Below, one piece after another: positions 1 through 12,809 of a stretch of DNA of 64,000 nucleotides. Where the stretch lies: contig NW_024704743.1 of the NCBI RefSeq assembly GCF_018977255.1, positions 48,672,001-48,736,000 of the forward strand. The letters are read 5' to 3'. The notes below the pieces were generated by a model. The model saw nothing but the letters and a program-made list of their open reading frames with translations, searched no databases and was not told where the DNA came from. Position 1 is the stretch's first letter. Each line of letters starts with the position of its first letter. Source of the stretch: Callorhinchus milii (lineage: Eukaryota). The translations under genes were made by a program, and so were the position numbers.

Positions 1-116
1 AAGATTGACTCCTTTTTAAATATAAAAAAATATATAAGTCAGATTATTTTAATACTTGTCGAAGCGGGAAAGTTGGTTGATTTAGTTTTTAAACAAAAGT
101 TTTTTATTTCAACGGG

Positions 117-122
117 ATGGAG
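117..122 (+). CDS. hnrnpa2b1: hnRNP A2/B1 coding exon 1 (Met-Glu)
   Basis: ATGGAG|gtaagg; human HNRNPA2B1 exon 1 also ends ATGGAG at a phase-0 donor; joins in frame to exon 2. Confidence 0.8.
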
Positions 123-694
123 GTAAGGGGAAAGGAGATTGGTCTGGGTATGTTGGGGGGGGGGGGGGGGAGAGAGAGAGAGTGTGTGAGAGGAAACAAG
201 TTGATGTTAATGCAAAAATGCGCTTCAGTTTGAAAAATAAACCGGATAAAGATTAAGTTGGCGCCGTCAGTACCTCGAAATCGTGACTGGAACTTGTTTT
301 TTTTTAAGGGTTATGCGTTTTCATGTGAAGGGCTCACCCTCCCACATGCACATCTTGCCACGTATGCACACGCCTGTCGCCTTTATACGGTCTTTACATG
401 CCTCCAAAAAGTTGACGAATAAACTGGTCCCCTTGTTGAGTCTTTCTTTATCCCGTCACTTCATTCACGAGGAGACGGCCACCTCTTTACTGGGAGACCG
501 TTATCTGTGTGTGACTGTTTTAATTACCTTTTGAAATGCTTGGAAGGGAATCACTTCTCCAAAACGTGTAGGTGTCTGAAGGAGTGTAAATATTTCGGTA
601 ATAATTAAGTTTAATGCGCTCTCCTAATCTAGCCGAGGCATTTCATTTTTTCTGGTGCAGTTTAAACACTGGTTGGGCCTAGTGGCCGGTTTCC

Positions 695-1049
695 ATAATA
701 ATACTTGCGTTTGGTGTAGCGCCTTATCATGTCTTCAAGACCTCTCAAAGCACTTCACAGAATATACTGTATAGTGAATTGACTATTTTGTGGGTGAAAC
801 ACGGAAGCCAATTGCACACAGCAATGTCCCACAAACTCATGGATTGTGTGGCCAATTATTTTTATTTTTAAGTGATTATAACCCCTCGTAAAAGCAAACC
901 ACCAATCAACTAACAACTGGATTCCTACTTACTGCCATGTAAGAGCACCCAAATGTGAAACTTGCCCAACGTTTCACCCTGCTTGGGAATTGAACTCCAG
1001 TTCTTGCTTGCGAGTCGAGTGCTGTAGCCACTAAGCTACAGGTTTCCCA
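695..1049 (-). mobile_element. Full-length tRNA-derived SINE (family 1) with L2-like 3' end and (TTA)n tail
   Basis: Degenerate A/B boxes at the right end; body matches many other copies in the window. Confidence 0.85.
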
Positions 1050-1319
1050 TGCTGTTCATTTTATAAAGTTTTGTAGATCTTTAGTTATTTTTCATTTGAT
1101 ATTTATTAAAGATGACATGCATAGATCATGCCTTCTCCCATCTAACTGCTGATTTAGTGCTCTGGGATGTGAAAGGCAATACAAACGCAAGTTGTTGTTG
1201 AGTTAAAAACCTAAACGCAACAGAAGTCACTATCATGCTCAAGTTGTGCGACTGCAGCTGTACTTGTGTGGATTATCTCATTCACAATAATTAATAATTA
1301 TCATTTATTTATTAATTAG

Positions 1320-1592
1320 ACCGCATGCCACTGTCTACCTAGCAGCAAGTAGGAACCTGGTTGTTGGCTGATATTGGCGGATTGCTTTCTGGGGGTAATA
1401 TTCCCTTCAATAAATAAATAATAATAATAATTTGGTCCATTGACTGTTTGTGGGACACTGCTGTGCGCAATTGGCTGCTGCATTTCGCCCACAAAATATA
1501 GTCAGTTCACTTTACAGTATATTCTGTGAAGCGCTTTGAGTCATCTCAACGATGTGATAAAGCTTTATGTCAAATGCAAGGATTATTATTAT
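1320..1592 (+). mobile_element. 5'-truncated SINE family 1
   Basis: tgtttgtgggacactgctgtgcgcaattggctg...caaatgcaaggattattatt. Confidence 0.85.
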
Positions 1593-2726
1593 CTTGGTGC
1601 TTAATGGAATTCAGTCCCATCAACGTTTCTTTAAATTATTTGATTCAAACTAAATCAGTCTTCAGGTTCACATCATTGGCTCAATGGTTAAAATGGGAGG
1701 TGACTAGAGTTTTTTTAAAAAGGTAAACAATAGAATACAAAATTATAACTCGTGCTCAAGTTGAGGTAAACTAATCATGTTTTGGACTCAATGCATGCAC
1801 CATTGTACCAGTGTGAAGCTTTCTATACAATTTGAACATTTTCTGGGTGAACTATGCGCTCAGGAGAAGCATATCTGTTAGCCAGTAGCATTTTACTGTT
1901 CAAAGCTTCCAGCTTTAAATTTGTAGTTGTCCAAACTCAGTATATAAACAAACATCTTCAACCGACTCAAAGATGGGTGCTATGAGAAGTTGGAAAGGGG
2001 AATCGCACTGGTGCTTTGGGAGTTACGATGTAGGAAATGAATAAACATTTTTACAATCACTTGGTTTACTATATCTGACTTGAGAGAATTTGATACTGAA
2101 GGTGAATGCCCAAAATGGACGTTTACATTATTCTTTGCTGACATCCATCTATGTAAGTGTAACAAGTAAACAAAAATCGATTTTTTTTTAAAAGAAAAAA
2201 CTATTTTCAATGTGCAGCCAGTATAGAGATGTTCTTGAAATCTGGGTGGATTATAAATTCAGATCTGCATTGAAAATGCTTAATTGGTCATTTTGCTGTG
2301 TGCAAAATGGCTGCTGCATTTGCCTGTATGTGTCACTCACTACTATAACATAAATGACTGAAATGCTTTTCATTATTTCAACATTTAGGTGCTATAAAAT
2401 GCAAGTTATGTAAAATCTGTTACGTTAATTATCCTAATTAACCATAGAAATTTACAAAAATCTTGTCACCATTTTGGATGTAGTAGTATCCTTGTTTTTC
2501 TGACCCCGTAAAAAAAATTCTAGTTATTCTCATGGCCCCTCCATCTTGAAGGAGTTTGACGTATATATTGTGCAGTGAGAATTATATGTTAAGTGCATTT
2601 CAATTTTGTGAAGCCAAATCTTAATTCAGGTTTTACTGAAGTCCTTTATAAACATAAAAGTTATACCTAGGTTTCCTTTGTTTTGCTAATATATAAAAAC
2701 CCTAAACTTCTCTCTTCCCTCTCTAG

Positions 2727-2855
<129 letters not shown>

Positions 2856-3189
2856 TGAGACATTTGAGATATATAAATTCATTCTTTTAAGATATAAATT
2901 ATGAGGTGATTAAAATTGTAACATTTGCTGTAGATATATACATGACAAACCACTATATTCAGGGAAAATACATTCAGAATTAATTATTACATTTCAGAAA
3001 CTTTAGTAATTGTTACGTTGGGATGTAAATGTTTCGCCTGCGGGGCATGCAGGTTCACTTTGCAGTGTATTCTGTGAAGCACTTTGAGACGTCTGAAGGA
3101 TGTGGTGGGGCGCTGTATCAAATGTAAGGAATAATATAATTATAAATAAATGAGTTAATGTGGTCTGCAAAGAAGGACAATGGGCTAAG

Positions 3190-3313
3190 GTGGAGTCCTG
3201 TAGTTTAGTGGTTAGAGCACTTGCCTCGCAAGCGAAAGGACCTAGGTTCGATTCCCGGCAAGCTGAAATGTTGGGCAAGTTTCCTTACTCCACACGCCTC
3301 TGTTTACCTAGCA
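3190..3313 (+). mobile_element. SINE family 1 tRNA-like head (3' part missing)
   Basis: A box TAGTTTAGTGG 3201-3211, B box GGTTCGATTCC 3245-3255, followed by SINE body gggcaagtttccttactccac. Confidence 0.85.
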
Positions 3314-3989
3314 TTCCCTGCCCTCAGTGACTAGTCTGCACTTCCAAGTCCTGCCGATGAGCCAGGCTGGCTGTGCTGTCATCAGCAGTGTCCTGGAATA
3401 CTGCAGACCTGCCAGGCTCAGGAACCTGACTACCGAGACCGCCACATAGGGTTGGCTTGATTCCGTTCGAGCCAGTTCAGCTCCAAGGAGCCCCTGCTTG
3501 CCTCCACACCAAGAGGATGGCAGGTGTCCTGCTAATCAACACTGAAATTCCACTTTCTGTGTCCCAACAATTGTACCAGAATCGAGAGTCAGTTATGTCT
3601 GCACATCTCATTTGTCAATAATCTGACTGTCACATCACACCTTGCAATTTTCACCTTGCAGTTGTCTTCAAAACAAGGTGGGTGTTCTTTGTGAAATAAT
3701 GTGAAATGACATAAATCTTTGAACAAAATGTATTTTTTCCTAAATCAATAAAGCCATAATCCCAATGTTCTTGGGATGGTCACATAGATGCGTGCCAGTC
3801 TGGGCTGATGGTCCACTCTTAACAGATGCAAAATGTTGCAAGATAAAACTAGTTAATGTACAATTTAACTAAGTGAAGACTACCATTCAGAATTTTTGTG
3901 CATATTATTGTTCATATGTACTCATATGGCAAATATTTTTGCTATATTCATATTATAATATGTGTACAACATCAGATTACATGTAATAA

Positions 3990-4205
<216 letters not shown>

Positions 4206-4869
4206 TAAATGTAATCTACAAGTAGAGGGCTGCAGACAAAGGAGAGGTGAGTTTGCTCTGCTGGTTCTTCATAACGTAGCAAGCAAGTACATATAATTGC
4301 TGATCAAGATTGGTTTGATACTTGTTCAATTTAATTTATCAGATTGCGATTCTTGAGTTTGATACTGTATTCAAAATATCACTTGACAGTGATATAAGAA
4401 ATATAATAACCATGTATTTTTAAGGCTATATCTTGGTTATGCATAAAGAAGCAATAAATCATGTTTGTGCAGTAGAGTAAACAGAATGTCTATAGTTCTG
4501 AGGAAGGCAATTTAGCTTACCTCTGGACTGGTACTTGCAGCAACTTCAGTCAATTTACGTTTTTGAACAGATACTCGAATCTCTTGCTTTACCGTTTTAA
4601 TTAATTACAAGGAATGCATTCAATTCAGTTACTTCTTTCCCAATTCACTCTTGCATCTGCCACTTAAAAAACATCTAGAACTTGGATCTTTCAAAATTCA
4701 CTTCGTAAGAATGTTGAACTTAAAAGTAAAATCTACCTAAGTCCACCTAGTTTCCACGATTTGTAACAACTACATTTGAGACCACAAATTTGGATGATTT
4801 TTAAAATCTTACTGCTCCTTTTGTGAAGAATAAAGCAGTTGACTAGAGATTGCTATATGTCTGGTAAAA

Positions 4870-5052
4870 ATAATAATAATAATAATCCTTGCATTTGATA
4901 TAGGGCCTTATCATGTCTCTGAGATGTCTTAAAGCGTATCATAGAATATTCTGAAAAGTGAATTGACTGTATATTTTGTGGGCAAAATGGATAGCCAATT
5001 GCGCACAGCAGTGTCCCGCAAACAGTCGTGAATTGAGTGACCAAATTATTTC
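4870..5052 (-). mobile_element. SINE family 1 3' half
   Basis: Same body and (TTA)n tail. Confidence 0.85.
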
Positions 5053-5689
5053 TCAATATCTGGACAAACCTCCAATTCAGGATTTCAATCGATAGCTTAC
5101 TTCCCTAGAAAGGAATAATTTTTAACCTATTTTGTCAAAAACTAAGATTTCACATGATTGTGTCCTGGTATGACTTATTTCTATGCACTGAATTAATGAC
5201 ATATCTTACCTTGTTTCGAAAACAAATCTGGCAGTCATAAAATGGCTTTTACAGTATTTCAGTAGTGCCAAACCATTGCTGTTTTATGCATCTTCCACTC
5301 GGGTTGTAGCTTTCTAAATGCAAGATCTGAATACTATATTCACCATTCCGGTTTCTTTTTAAACAGTATTCTAGGTAAATTAGGTAATATATCTTGAGTA
5401 GCTTCCTAGGTACCACGGAAAGTTTTGGTCTGTTTTAATGCAGTCTTATAGGCCAGTAAATGTGGAAGGTAGGTACAATGTTAATCTGTAGAGCACTTAC
5501 TTGGAGTAGTTTGCATACCCTCAGGTATTATTGTCTGGTGGGGCTGGATTATGAACATTTATTTCTAAATTTTATGCACTGCCATTATATATTTGCATGT
5601 AGAGTTGAACTGATGAGCAAAAATGTTAAATGGCTTGCCATTTGATGGGTCTTTCATTCATTTAGCGGTGTACAAAAATCCCACTCTTC

Positions 5690-6830
5690 AATTTTTAAAA
5701 AGGGAGCTAGAGTTAATTCAGGTAGTTATAGGCTAGTTATCTTAACATCTGTAGTGGGCAAAGTATTACAGTCGAGAATGAAGGATAAAATAATTAAATA
5801 TCTTGATGGGGAGTAAAATTAAGTTTTTTGAGGAATTAAGGAATCGTGAGAGAATGGTCATGCTTGAGCAATCTTATGCCTTTTTTTAAGAGGTAACAGA
5901 CAAAGTAACGGGAAATGGTGGATGTGGTATACAGATTCCTAGCTTTCCAACAACAACAACAACAAGATTACATTTGTATAGCGCCTTTCACGTCGAGAGG
6001 ATGTCCCAAGGCGCCGCATAGAAGTGCTAGAAATAATCCTTGCATTTGAGACGGTGCCTTTCACGTCAGGAGGACCTATCAAAGTACTGAATAGAATATA
6101 CTGTAAAGGACATGACTTTTTGCAGCAGAATGAATTGAAAGATGGCTAAAAAACAGAAAACAGAGTTGGAGTAAAGGTCAGATTCTCAGACTTGCAAAAG
6201 GTGTAAAGCAGTGTCTCACAGGGATCTGTCTTAAGATCACTACTGTTTACCATGTACATAAATTATTTAGATACACATATAGTTGGCATGGTGTCAATTT
6301 GCAGATGACAGTTTGCAGGTTTGGTAAATGATGAAGATGTCCTCAAAAAGAAGATATCATACGACTAGTTGGATGAGCAGAGGGATGACAATGAATTTTA
6401 ATACAGAGAAGTGTAAAGTGAATAACTGGTAGGAGGAATGAAGAAGCGGTCTATACCCCAAGAGGAGCAAAGAGATGTGGGGTTTCAGATTCACAAGAGT
6501 CTTAAAGGTAGCAACAGATGGACAAAGCGATAAATAATGCAAATAGTCAAGGGCATTATATCCACAGGAATAGAGTACAAATGTAAGAAATTAATGTCAG
6601 ATTTACATAAAACCTTGTTTAGACCAGGTTTGGAGTATCTTGTACAGTTCTGGTCATGGTACTACTAGGAGGCGGATGTAGAAATGGAGAGTCTAATGTA
6701 GATTACTAAAATATTACCAGGAATGAGAAAGAAAGTAAAGTAAAGAAAAACTAGGCTTACTCGAGCTTTTTTCCTCAGGGTGAGGTATATTGAGAAGACC
6801 TTATCAAGGGATTTAAATTACGAAAGGGTG
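5690..6830 (+). mobile_element. Decayed CR1-type LINE RT fragment interrupted by L2/SINE tails at about 5948-6120
   Basis: Degenerate VSQGSVL..LLFTMYINYL and FADD (tttgcagatgac) coding remnants. Confidence 0.7.
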
Positions 6831-6902
6831 GTTATGCTTAGTTCAATTTGTATATTTTATAATGGAAAGAATATTTTTGGTTCAAGTTCATTTAGAGAAT
6901 GA

Positions 6903-7136
<234 letters not shown>

Positions 7137-8303
7137 TAACTTGTGCGAATGTACTCAAATGGAAAGAATCCAGTGAAAGTACTTTGTTTTTGAAGCTATA
7201 ATTAAGGGGAAAATATGCATATGCTATGCAGCCCTGTCAAAACACAGTGTTTGGGAACCATAGTATGCCAGCCAGGCAAGGAATTTACTGTATATGTGTG
7301 CAACCTGTTCCACTCTGAAAGAAAAAAATGGCCAGCATCCAGGTCACCGGGCCACCGGTTTACTTCGTAAAAAGGGAAGTGGCAGGCAAACCGATGACCT
7401 ACAAGTCGCCATTTTAATGGTTAGGTTCAGTGCCTGTCCCAAACTGGTCCAGAGCATCCACCCAGGTCATTGAAATGATCAGCAACTATGGACGTGACAA
7501 TTTTGTTTTGCTAAATGTGAAGATTCCTCAGTACATTTTTTAAAATTGTATTAAAAGTAGTACTTTAAGCAAAAAGGGTTCCGCTCGCTCAGGCCTTTTA
7601 AGTACATTTCCTTTTTTAAATGGAAAAGTCATTCTGAGGAAAAATCACTGCAAATTTTGTTAAATACTTGACCCTAAATATGTCATGAGAGTAGTATTAA
7701 AACACATTGTCCATTCAAGCTAAAGTGAATGCTTGACAGCTGTAAAACAACAGATCGCTTCTTGGTAGATACTTAATCCCAAGGTGCTTGCATTTCATTC
7801 TTTCGGATCATTGCTAAAAATAATGTTCATTAATTATTAGAAATGAATAAACTAATAATATAAATTAATGAATAAACTTAATAACTTAACATTATTATTA
7901 ATAGTTTATTAAATTAATAAACTATTAACAATAATGTTACTTTTAGGAAATAACATGGGATATAGTACATAGGTTGTTTGGGACATAGGTGCATGCGACT
8001 GCCAGGAAGGTGGAGGGTGAACTAGATGGACCTTGGTCTTTTTTCGTCTAGCATTTCTTATGTTCTTATGTAGTATTATATTGCTGCTTCATATTGTCAA
8101 GATTTCTTACAAAAGCTTTTTAAACAAGTTATGAAATTGTACGGCCTACTCTATTCCGATCAAAACCGTGTTTATCAACCATGGTGGGCAACCAAAATCA
8201 AATGATAGTTGATATTGTTTAAACTTGGGTTCACAATGTGGGAGTGCCTTGCATACTATTTAAAACTAATTTTGTACCCATATTGCAGTGTTAACAATCC
8301 AGT

Positions 8304-9436
8304 AAAACAACCATAACAACAACAAAATTACATTTGTAAAGCGCCTTTCACGTAGGGAGGACTTCCCAAGGCGCTGAACAGTTGGGGATCAGGATCCGGG
8401 CGTGGGGTGGGGGGCAGGGTTGGGATGAGGGAGGGCAGAGAGGTAGGAGGGCAGCCAAAGGCACGGTTGAAAGGGAGGGTCTTGAATTGTGCCTTGAAGG
8501 AGGCAAGGGAGAGAGCAAGGCGAAAGGATTGCGGGCTGGAGTTCCAAAGGGTGGCGGCAGAGAGGCTGAAAGCCCAGTTGGCGATGGTAGATCGGGCGGG
8601 AGACATGGAGCAGATTGAAGCCTGCTGAATGGAAGGAGCGAACGGGTTGATAGGGTGTTGAGAGCAGGAGGGGGCAAGGCCGTGGAGGGCCTTGAAAGTG
8701 AGGACTAGGATTTTGAATTCTGTCCTCTGAAGAATGGGGAGCCAGTAGAGCCGGACAAGGGTGAGGATGATGGGATCACGGAGCCTGGTGTGGGAGAGGA
8801 CACGAGCTGCAGAGTTCTGGACGATCTGCAGCTTGTGGAAGGAAGAGTTGGGGAGGCTGACAAGGAGTGAGTTTCCATATGCTAGCCTTGAGGTGACGAA
8901 TGCATGTATGAGGGTTTCTGTGGCCTGAGGGTTGAGGCAGTGGCAGAGTCGGGCAATGTTGCCGAGGTGGGGGAAGGCAGAGTGGGTCGTGGCACGGATA
9001 TGGGGGAGAAAGGACAGTTGAGGGTCGAACAAGACAACCAGTTTCCTGACCGTGGTGCAAACCAATCAGGATGGCCTCGGTCTTGTTGATATTCAGCTGT
9101 AGAAAGTCGGTTCTCGTCCAGGACTTGATGTCTGTCAGGAGGTCAGTTGTCCTGGAATCGAGGGTGGAGGCTGAGAGATAGAGTTGGGTGTCATCCGCGT
9201 ACATGTGGATGTTGACCCCATGTCTGCGGATGATGCCACCAAGGTGGAGTATGTAGAGGTTGAAGAGGAGGGGACCGAGGACAGAGCCCTGAGTAACACT
9301 GCAGAAAACTGTGCGGGGGCTGGAAGAGAAACCGTTGGCAGAGACAAATTGGAGACAGTGTGGTCCACTGTATCGAAGGCAGCAGAGAGGTTGAGGAGAC
9401 AAAGGGAGCCCTGGTCATAGATAGACAGGATGTTGT
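8304..9436 (-). mobile_element. L2 LINE 3' portion (subfamily A), RT, (TTG)n tail
   Basis: Track ORFs with [26 protein letters not shown]. Confidence 0.93.
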
Positions 9437-9522
9437 TTGTATTCAATAAAACACCTGAGCAGTTGCAAAAAGTGTAGATTAATGCAGGTATATTGCACTT
9501 TATAACTTGTTCATAGATGTAA

Positions 9523-9708
<186 letters not shown>

Positions 9709-9856
9709 TAACTGAGCTCATAATTTGGAGGATTCCTACTGACTATTTGGAAATTGTTTCAAAGAGCTTAGCAAATAATGGAGTTTTGTCAAAAGTCCTA
9801 TTTTAACTGGTAAAATGTATTCACGTGTGAAAGTAATACAATGTCCTTGATAGCAG

Positions 9857-9931
9857 GTGGTGGATATGGAGGAGATTCGCGTAGAAGTAACAGTTTTGGT
9901 ATGGGACGCGGAGGCAACTTTGGAGGACACA
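9857..9931 (+). CDS. hnrnpa2b1: hnRNP A2/B1 exon 6, Gly-rich (GGGYGGDSRRSNSFGMGRGGNFGGH)
   Basis: tagcag acceptor, gtaag donor, 75 nt, frame preserved. Confidence 0.9.
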
Positions 9932-10008
9932 GTAAGAACTTTGGAAAATATGGTTATTTTTAATTTTTATTTGAAGCTACTGTTTAAATGAATATTGTTC
10001 TACCACAG

Positions 10009-10071
10009 ATGGATTTGGAAGTAGCCGTGGTTTTGGAGATAGCCCTGGGTACAATGGTTATGGTGGAGGTG
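10009..10071 (+). CDS. hnrnpa2b1: hnRNP A2/B1 exon 7 (NGFGSSRGFGDSPGYNGYGGG)
   Basis: cag/gtaag, 63 nt, after a 77-nt intron; resembles human GYGSGRGFGDGYNGYGG. Confidence 0.93.
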
Positions 10072-10719
10072 GTAAGTTAACATTTTAAACTATATAGGTC
10101 AGAATTGGGGAGTTTGTGTGGGGAGGGGAGACGATTGGTATCCTTAGAACTTATTGTAATAGGTGTAAAAAAAAGGAAAGTTGTAGGGAACGCATCTTAT
10201 AAGTTCATCTTTTACTCACTCATAGTATCCATTCTCTTTTTGAAAACCTTCTTGCGAACAAGCACTGAAATTGTTTTTAAATGATACCCGTTATCCTTTG
10301 TGATTTAATCTTTATAATATTTAATACACTGGGTTTGTTCTATCTATTGCACTTAATATTTTGTGTGCCTCAATGTACCCACTCAATCCCCATCTTTCTG
10401 CAGAGGAAAGCGTCTCATGTCTGTACCATGTCCAATTAAGGTTTGAGGAAAAGGCAGAATATTAATGTACAAAGAATAAGGAATGGAACTATTAAACTTA
10501 AAAGGTGTTAAGGTTTGATTTGCGAAGGTTGTGAAAAAAATGAGCAATTTAATGAAACAAAATTATTGCTCCATGAAGACCACAGTAATGCTTGTTTTTC
10601 TAAGATCGAAAATTGCATTTACTGTGAGATCAAAGAATGCTGATAAATGCAATAATGGAGGAGGTCATTGAAGTGAAGAAGGAACAAGCGAGAAGAGAAA
10701 AGGCTTCTTTGTGAAAAAC

Positions 10720-11087
10720 AATTGCATTTGATATAGTGCCTTTCACATCAGGAGAATGCCTCAAAAGGCTTCTCAGAATTTAGTACAAAGTGTAGGTAAA
10801 CTTGGCAGCTAATTTGCACACAGAATATCCCACAAACAGCCATGAAGTGAATTACCCATCTTAACTGGGAGATTGTTGACCAGGGCACCAGGAGAAAATT
10901 CCTTCTCAAATGGTCCAATGGAATCTGTAATGTCCTGTACTGGTAACTGGGGCCTCAGTTTGTCCCAGCACCTCATACTGCAATGGAGTGTCAGCCTGAA
11001 TTATGCACGTTCAACATCCTAATGTGGGGCTTCAATCCACAGCCTTCTGACTCGGATGAGAGAGTGGTAAGAACCAGCCAGACTGAC
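10720..11087 (-). mobile_element. tRNA-derived Deu-domain-like SINE (family 2), old
   Basis: Head/central/tail similar to copies at about 30110-30400, 48310-48640, 51075-51475 and 57800-58350. Confidence 0.7.
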
Positions 11088-11203
11088 AAAATAATTGAAA
11101 TGAGAGGAAACTAGATAGCTGGATAATGGAACACAGTATATGGGAAGTGCATATTGCCATATCCCGTTCAAGGATGAATGCATTCAATCATTGTTTCTTC
11201 TAG

Positions 11204-11326
11204 GTAGTAACTTTGGTGGAGGACATGGATTTGGAGGCGGAAGGAGTGGATTTGGAGGTGGAGGATATGGCAGCCATGGTGGTGGTGGCTATGGTGGAGG
11301 CTATGGAGGAGGTGCCAATTATAGTG
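11204..11326 (+). CDS. hnrnpa2b1: hnRNP A2/B1 exon 8, Gly-rich low-complexity domain (GSNFGGGHGFGGGRSGFGG...GANYS)
   Basis: ttcttctag/gtaag, 123 nt. Confidence 0.93.
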
Positions 11327-11787
11327 GTAAGTACTTTGCAAATGCCCTTTCAAAATTGCAAAAATAAATGTCAGATAAATGAGAAAAGCAATTATGTATA
11401 ACTGAAATTTCTTGTTTAAAAGGGCACCTTATATTGGAACAGCGCATTTGTTAATTTGATGCTTTCTAACGTTTTTGTTGAGAATATTGGCCTGTTCCAG
11501 CACCCGTGTCCATCTGTTTGAACTTACTAGGTAAAAGCTCAACTCTTCCCTGCTGTGGGATGGTGTTTCCTACAACAGTGTTGGCAAGAAATAGAAAATG
11601 GTTAATAAGTATTCCAGAACAGTACTTTACATTCCATTTATTCCGTTTTTCTTTATCTGAAAGCACAATGGAAACTCTTGGAGTAGGATATCTGGATTGG
11701 GGAGGGGGGAGGAAGAATCAAACAATAATAGCAACAACATGTACATGAGAACACCTTTGCTACATGATAGGGGAGATACGGTGGTAG

Positions 11788-12009
<222 letters not shown>

Positions 12010-12809
12010 TGAAATTATGTTCAATTGCATGAAAGTGATGGCAACTTTACTTCATTTTACATGCTACATCAGAGTAAGGATGTTGGTGCTGGGAAGTGGA
12101 ATGCTTCCCACCCTGACTTCCATGTTGATGTAGAATACTCCTAAGTGAAGTATAACATGAATCAATTATCTCAACTCTGCCAATTTAATTTTAAATTCAG
12201 AAAAAACACTTTCAGCTGATCAGTATTAATAGTTTTTGTTTCCCAAACGCATCTATATGCATAAATAAGCACTAAACCCATTGAGGGAATTCTATGGAGC
12301 CACACTGACTGGGTTGAGAATCCATTTTATTTAAACATAGATTTTCTCCCATTACTCTCCCATGAACTAGGATTGATGGAGCAATGGCCTAGTGTAACCT
12401 AGCATTCAACTAACCATTCAAATATAAACAGATATTAGCGAGCATTGACTTTATTGTTGTGCATTGTGTCCAGTTGTATTAGTGGAAATCGTGCCTGGCT
12501 TTCTTTGAAACCCATTTGCCTTTTAAATTGCATTTACAGTTTTAGCTCAGGCAAGCTTTAGAGTCCTCTTTGCTACCCTGACTGAGATATGCAATGGATA
12601 GTGGGACCTTGCTAGTTTGTTTATCTGTGTTTAATACAGTCGAAAATAACTTAACCTTGTAAACACCTCTAATCAGGACACCTTACCATCAGATTACTTT
12701 TTTTTAAAAGAATTCTTACAATTTATCACTGAGGTGATAAACTGAAACTCATTGAGGATACCAGACTGCTTAATATGTTTCAACTATACACTACAGTGCA
12801 TAGTTAACT

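Noticed and set aside
1..116. cbx3 / bidirectional promoter
   Set aside because: Expected head-to-head upstream from known synteny, but not visible in this window
3190..3262. tRNA gene
   Set aside because: A/B boxes run straight into the SINE body found in many copies; it is a SINE head
7255..7500. GC-richer intronic patch, possible ncRNA or old SINE
   Set aside because: No box motifs, no second copy in the window, cannot classify
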